DNA of 64,000 nucleotides from positions 35,281 through 99,280 of the forward strand of contig CAYJKF010000005.1 in assembly GCA_964370865.1 (NCBI GenBank), given 5' to 3'. The notes beneath the pieces were generated by a model. It worked only from the letters and a program-made list of their open reading frames with translations, ran no database searches and was not told where the DNA came from. Shown piece after piece: positions 61,833-64,000 of the stretch (position 1 is its first letter; every line of letters starts with the position of its first letter). The stretch is from an uncultured Candidatus Saccharibacteria bacterium. GTDB lineage: Bacteria; Patescibacteriota; WWE3; 2-01-FULL-39-13. Made by a program: the position numbers and the translations under genes.

Positions 61833-62270
61833 ATGAAATCTAAAGAAAACATCGTCATTTTAAATAGAAATAAAGTAGATTTGTCTATCAAATTAGATAA
61901 ACTGCGTGAGCAGGAATTTATACAAGAGAGTAGCGAAAGTTTAGAAATTCTGACTGCTCAAGAAAAAACCTTATTCGAGAATATCGTTAAAAATAATCCA
62001 GACTCTAACGCGGATTCGAATATCAGCACACAAGCTCAATTTGTATCTGAATATCTCAATAATCTGCCCGTAGTAAGATTAACTATCGCTTTCACTCCCA
62101 ACATTGCCTTTGAAAGGAAACTAGCAGATCTTATATCTAATAAATTGAGGAATGTTTTATTAGATATTATTGTAGATCCAGAAATCTTAGGTGGATCTGT
62201 ACTCGAATATGCCGGAAAACATGTAGATAAATCTATTATTAATTTATTTGATTTGGGCAATGAGTTTTAA
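61833..62270 (+). CDS. atpH: F-type ATP synthase delta (OSCP) subunit, short form.
   Basis: A C-terminal IIVDPEILGGSVLEYAGKHVDKSIINLFDLG resembles the delta VDPSLIGG...IDGSV signature. Overlaps the atpA start. Confidence 0.5.
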   Translation: MKSKENIVILNRNKVDLSIKLDKLREQEFIQESSESLEILTAQEKTLFENIVKNNPDSNADSNISTQAQFVSEYLNNLPVVRLTIAFTPNIAFERKLADLISNKLRNVLLDIIVDPEILGGSVLEYAGKHVDKSIINLFDLGNEF

Positions 62271-63732
62271 AGAAAATCTATCAAAATCTAAAGAGTATGG
62301 TGTAATTGAGTTTGTCAGCCACCCTATAGTAAGAGTTTCTGGATTACCCACTGTAGAAGTTGACGAGGTCGTAATCTTTGAAAACGACGAATTTGGACAT
62401 GTTTCTGCTATTCGAAAAAATTATGTCGAGATAGTTTCTTATTCGAAAGTTCCACCTAAATACGGTACTAGGGTTACGAAAGGTGGAAAATTATTAGGAT
62501 TAACTATCACTGATGGGTTACTTGGTAAAGTAATTAACCCATTAGGAATTCCACGATTTACATATGAGACTTTTAAAAACGAAGGAGAAGAGAAACCAAT
62601 TGATATTCAACCTCCAACCCTGATGACAAGGTCAAGAATCAAACGACAGTTTGTAACTGGGGTTGCCGTAATTGATAGTGTTATTCCTTTAGGTAAAGGA
62701 CAGAGAGAGCTTATTGTTGGAGATCGAAAAACCGGTAAAACGAGTACAACGCTGACCCTAATTAAATCCCAAATAAGTGAAGGTTCAATCGTTGTTTATG
62801 CCCTAATCGCAAAGGATAAATCGTATACTAAGAAACTTAAAGAATATTTAGAGGATATTAAATTAATGGATAGTGTTGTCCTTGTAGCAACAAGTCCGGA
62901 TGATTCGCCTAGCTTAATCGATATGACACCGTATTCTGCGATGACAATCGCAGAATACTTTAGAGACAGCGGACGCGATGTTGTGATTATTTTTGATGAT
63001 TTAACTACACATGCTAAGTATTACCGTGAAATATCGTTGATAGCGAAAAAATTTCCAGGGAGAGATTCGTATCCTGGAGATGTTTTTTACAAACATGCAA
63101 GGTTGTTAGAGCGAGCCGGAAACTTTAAAAATGAGAAATCCAAGATTAAAGAAGCTTCGATTACGGCTATTGCTATTGCTGAAACCATAAATGGATTATT
63201 AAGTGACTATATAGTTTCAAACTTAATAAGTATTACTGATGGTCACCTTCACTTTGATGAGGCAATTTTTAATAAAGGTAGAAGGCCCGCTATAGATTTA
63301 TTTCTTTCGGTAACAAGGGTTGGAAAGCAGACCCAGCTACACATTTCGAGGCAGTTGACGAGGGAGGTTATGGCACTTATGACTAAGTATGAGAGTTCCT
63401 CTAACTTTAAACATTTAGGTGCTGAGCTAACAGACGAAATTAAAGAATTATTAAAGAAGGGGGATCAAGTTTTCGCATTTTTTGAACAGTCTTATCAACG
63501 AGCGATGCCTTTAAATATGCAGGTTGTATTTCTTGGTTTGATTATGTCGGGTGCTTTCATGACTACTGAAAGTTTAGGCGAAATAAGAGAGAAAAAGAAA
63601 AACTTATATCAGCATTATAAAGAACAAAAAGTTAAGATAATGATAGATAACATAGTAGAAAAGAGTCAAACATACGAAGCATTTATTGATAGTCTAGATA
63701 AGTATAAACCGGAGTTAATGGAATTATGTTAA
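62248..63732 (+). CDS. atpA: F-type ATP synthase alpha subunit.
   Basis: Walker A GDRKTGKT (alpha-type GDRQTGKT). An N-terminal beta-barrel. An alpha-subunit-like C-terminal region. Confidence 0.9.
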   Translation: MIWAMSFKENLSKSKEYGVIEFVSHPIVRVSGLPTVEVDEVVIFENDEFGHVSAIRKNYVEIVSYSKVPPKYGTRVTKGGKLLGLTITDGLLGKVINPLGIPRFTYETFKNEGEEKPIDIQPPTLMTRSRIKRQFVTGVAVIDSVIPLGKGQRELIVGDRKTGKTSTTLTLIKSQISEGSIVVYALIAKDKSYTKKLKEYLEDIKLMDSVVLVATSPDDSPSLIDMTPYSAMTIAEYFRDSGRDVVIIFDDLTTHAKYYREISLIAKKFPGRDSYPGDVFYKHARLLERAGNFKNEKSKIKEASITAIAIAETINGLLSDYIVSNLISITDGHLHFDEAIFNKGRRPAIDLFLSVTRVGKQTQLHISRQLTREVMALMTKYESSSNFKHLGAELTDEIKELLKKGDQVFAFFEQSYQRAMPLNMQVVFLGLIMSGAFMTTESLGEIREKKKNLYQHYKEQKVKIMIDNIVEKSQTYEAFIDSLDKYKPELMELC

Positions 63733-64000
63733 ATTCATCAACTAAATTACAAGAAGAAATCGCTTTGATTAAATTTATGTCTCAATTATTCTCTGCATAT
63801 GAAGAAATTGCAGTTATGAAAATGCAACGCATTAGGACTGGAGTATTTCATAATAGAAAATTCCTAGATGAACTATATTCAGTATTTAATGAAAGTAAAA
63901 TACTTTATTTTAAAAGGGTTTCTAGTATGAATGGCTCAACTCAGCAAGCAGTCGATGAAAATGCTCTTACGAAATTTTCGACACTCAAGAAAAATGGCAA
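63726..64000 (+). CDS. atpG: F-type ATP synthase gamma subunit, N-terminal part (3'-truncated by the window edge).
   Basis: An ATGTTAA overlap with the atpA stop. An N-terminal helix IALIKFMSQLFSAYEEIAVMKMQRIR resembles the gamma IKSVKNTQKITKAMKMVAAAKLRRA. Confidence 0.5.
   Translation, partial: MLNSSTKLQEEIALIKFMSQLFSAYEEIAVMKMQRIRTGVFHNRKFLDELYSVFNESKILYFKRVSSMNGSTQQAVDENALTKFSTLKKNG

Overview
This window is an AT-rich bacterial chromosomal segment made up almost entirely of housekeeping genes; I found no CRISPR array, integrase or transposase. Recognisable genes include ftsK (5' end cut by the window edge), a Fic-domain protein, ligA, hisS, a VKOR/DsbA pair, nth, trxB, mnmA, rpsA, a Clp/Hsp100-like ATPase, radA, a PIN/TRAM YacL-like gene, rho, an M23/LysM peptidase, obg, leuS, a split ComEC, ndk, a sortase with a PEGA-domain neighbour, a glycogen/alpha-glucan cluster and the start of an F-type ATP synthase operon (b, delta, alpha, gamma). 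There are four tRNAs (Pro-CGG, Ile-GAU, Ala-UGC, Arg-CCU) and a complete rRNA set. The rRNA genes are unlinked. The 16S has its own sigma70-like promoter and intrinsic terminator. It is separated by about 8.4 kb, carrying eight protein-coding genes and tRNA-Ile, from a separately promoted tRNA-Ala-23S-5S unit. The gene content (sortase, PEGA, GH57, a small rpsA, unlinked rRNA) fits a small-genome, CPR/Patescibacteria-like organism, but this is inference from content only. No single obvious novel system stands out; the candidates below are the ones I could support. (1) The island in the rRNA spacer holds a compositionally anomalous, GC-rich small secreted peptide gene next to a 705-aa AT-hook protein of unknown function. 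(2) A promoter-driven, strongly structured leader with a 19-bp perfect hairpin sits upstream of a non-canonical alpha-glucan cluster. That cluster has two GT5 synthases, a GH57 enzyme and a tandem double APH-like kinase. (3) A nested GC-rich structured element lies in the long leader of rho. (4) The ATP synthase operon has no a or c genes, but is preceded by a secreted protein ending in a c-subunit-like helical hairpin. (5) A regulator carries an HTH domain plus a Q/N/P-rich prion-like region. All coordinates of RNA and regulatory features were derived by eye from the sequence and may be off by a few nt. Several CDS in the supplied ORF track begin with GTG or TTG, so their true starts may lie downstream.
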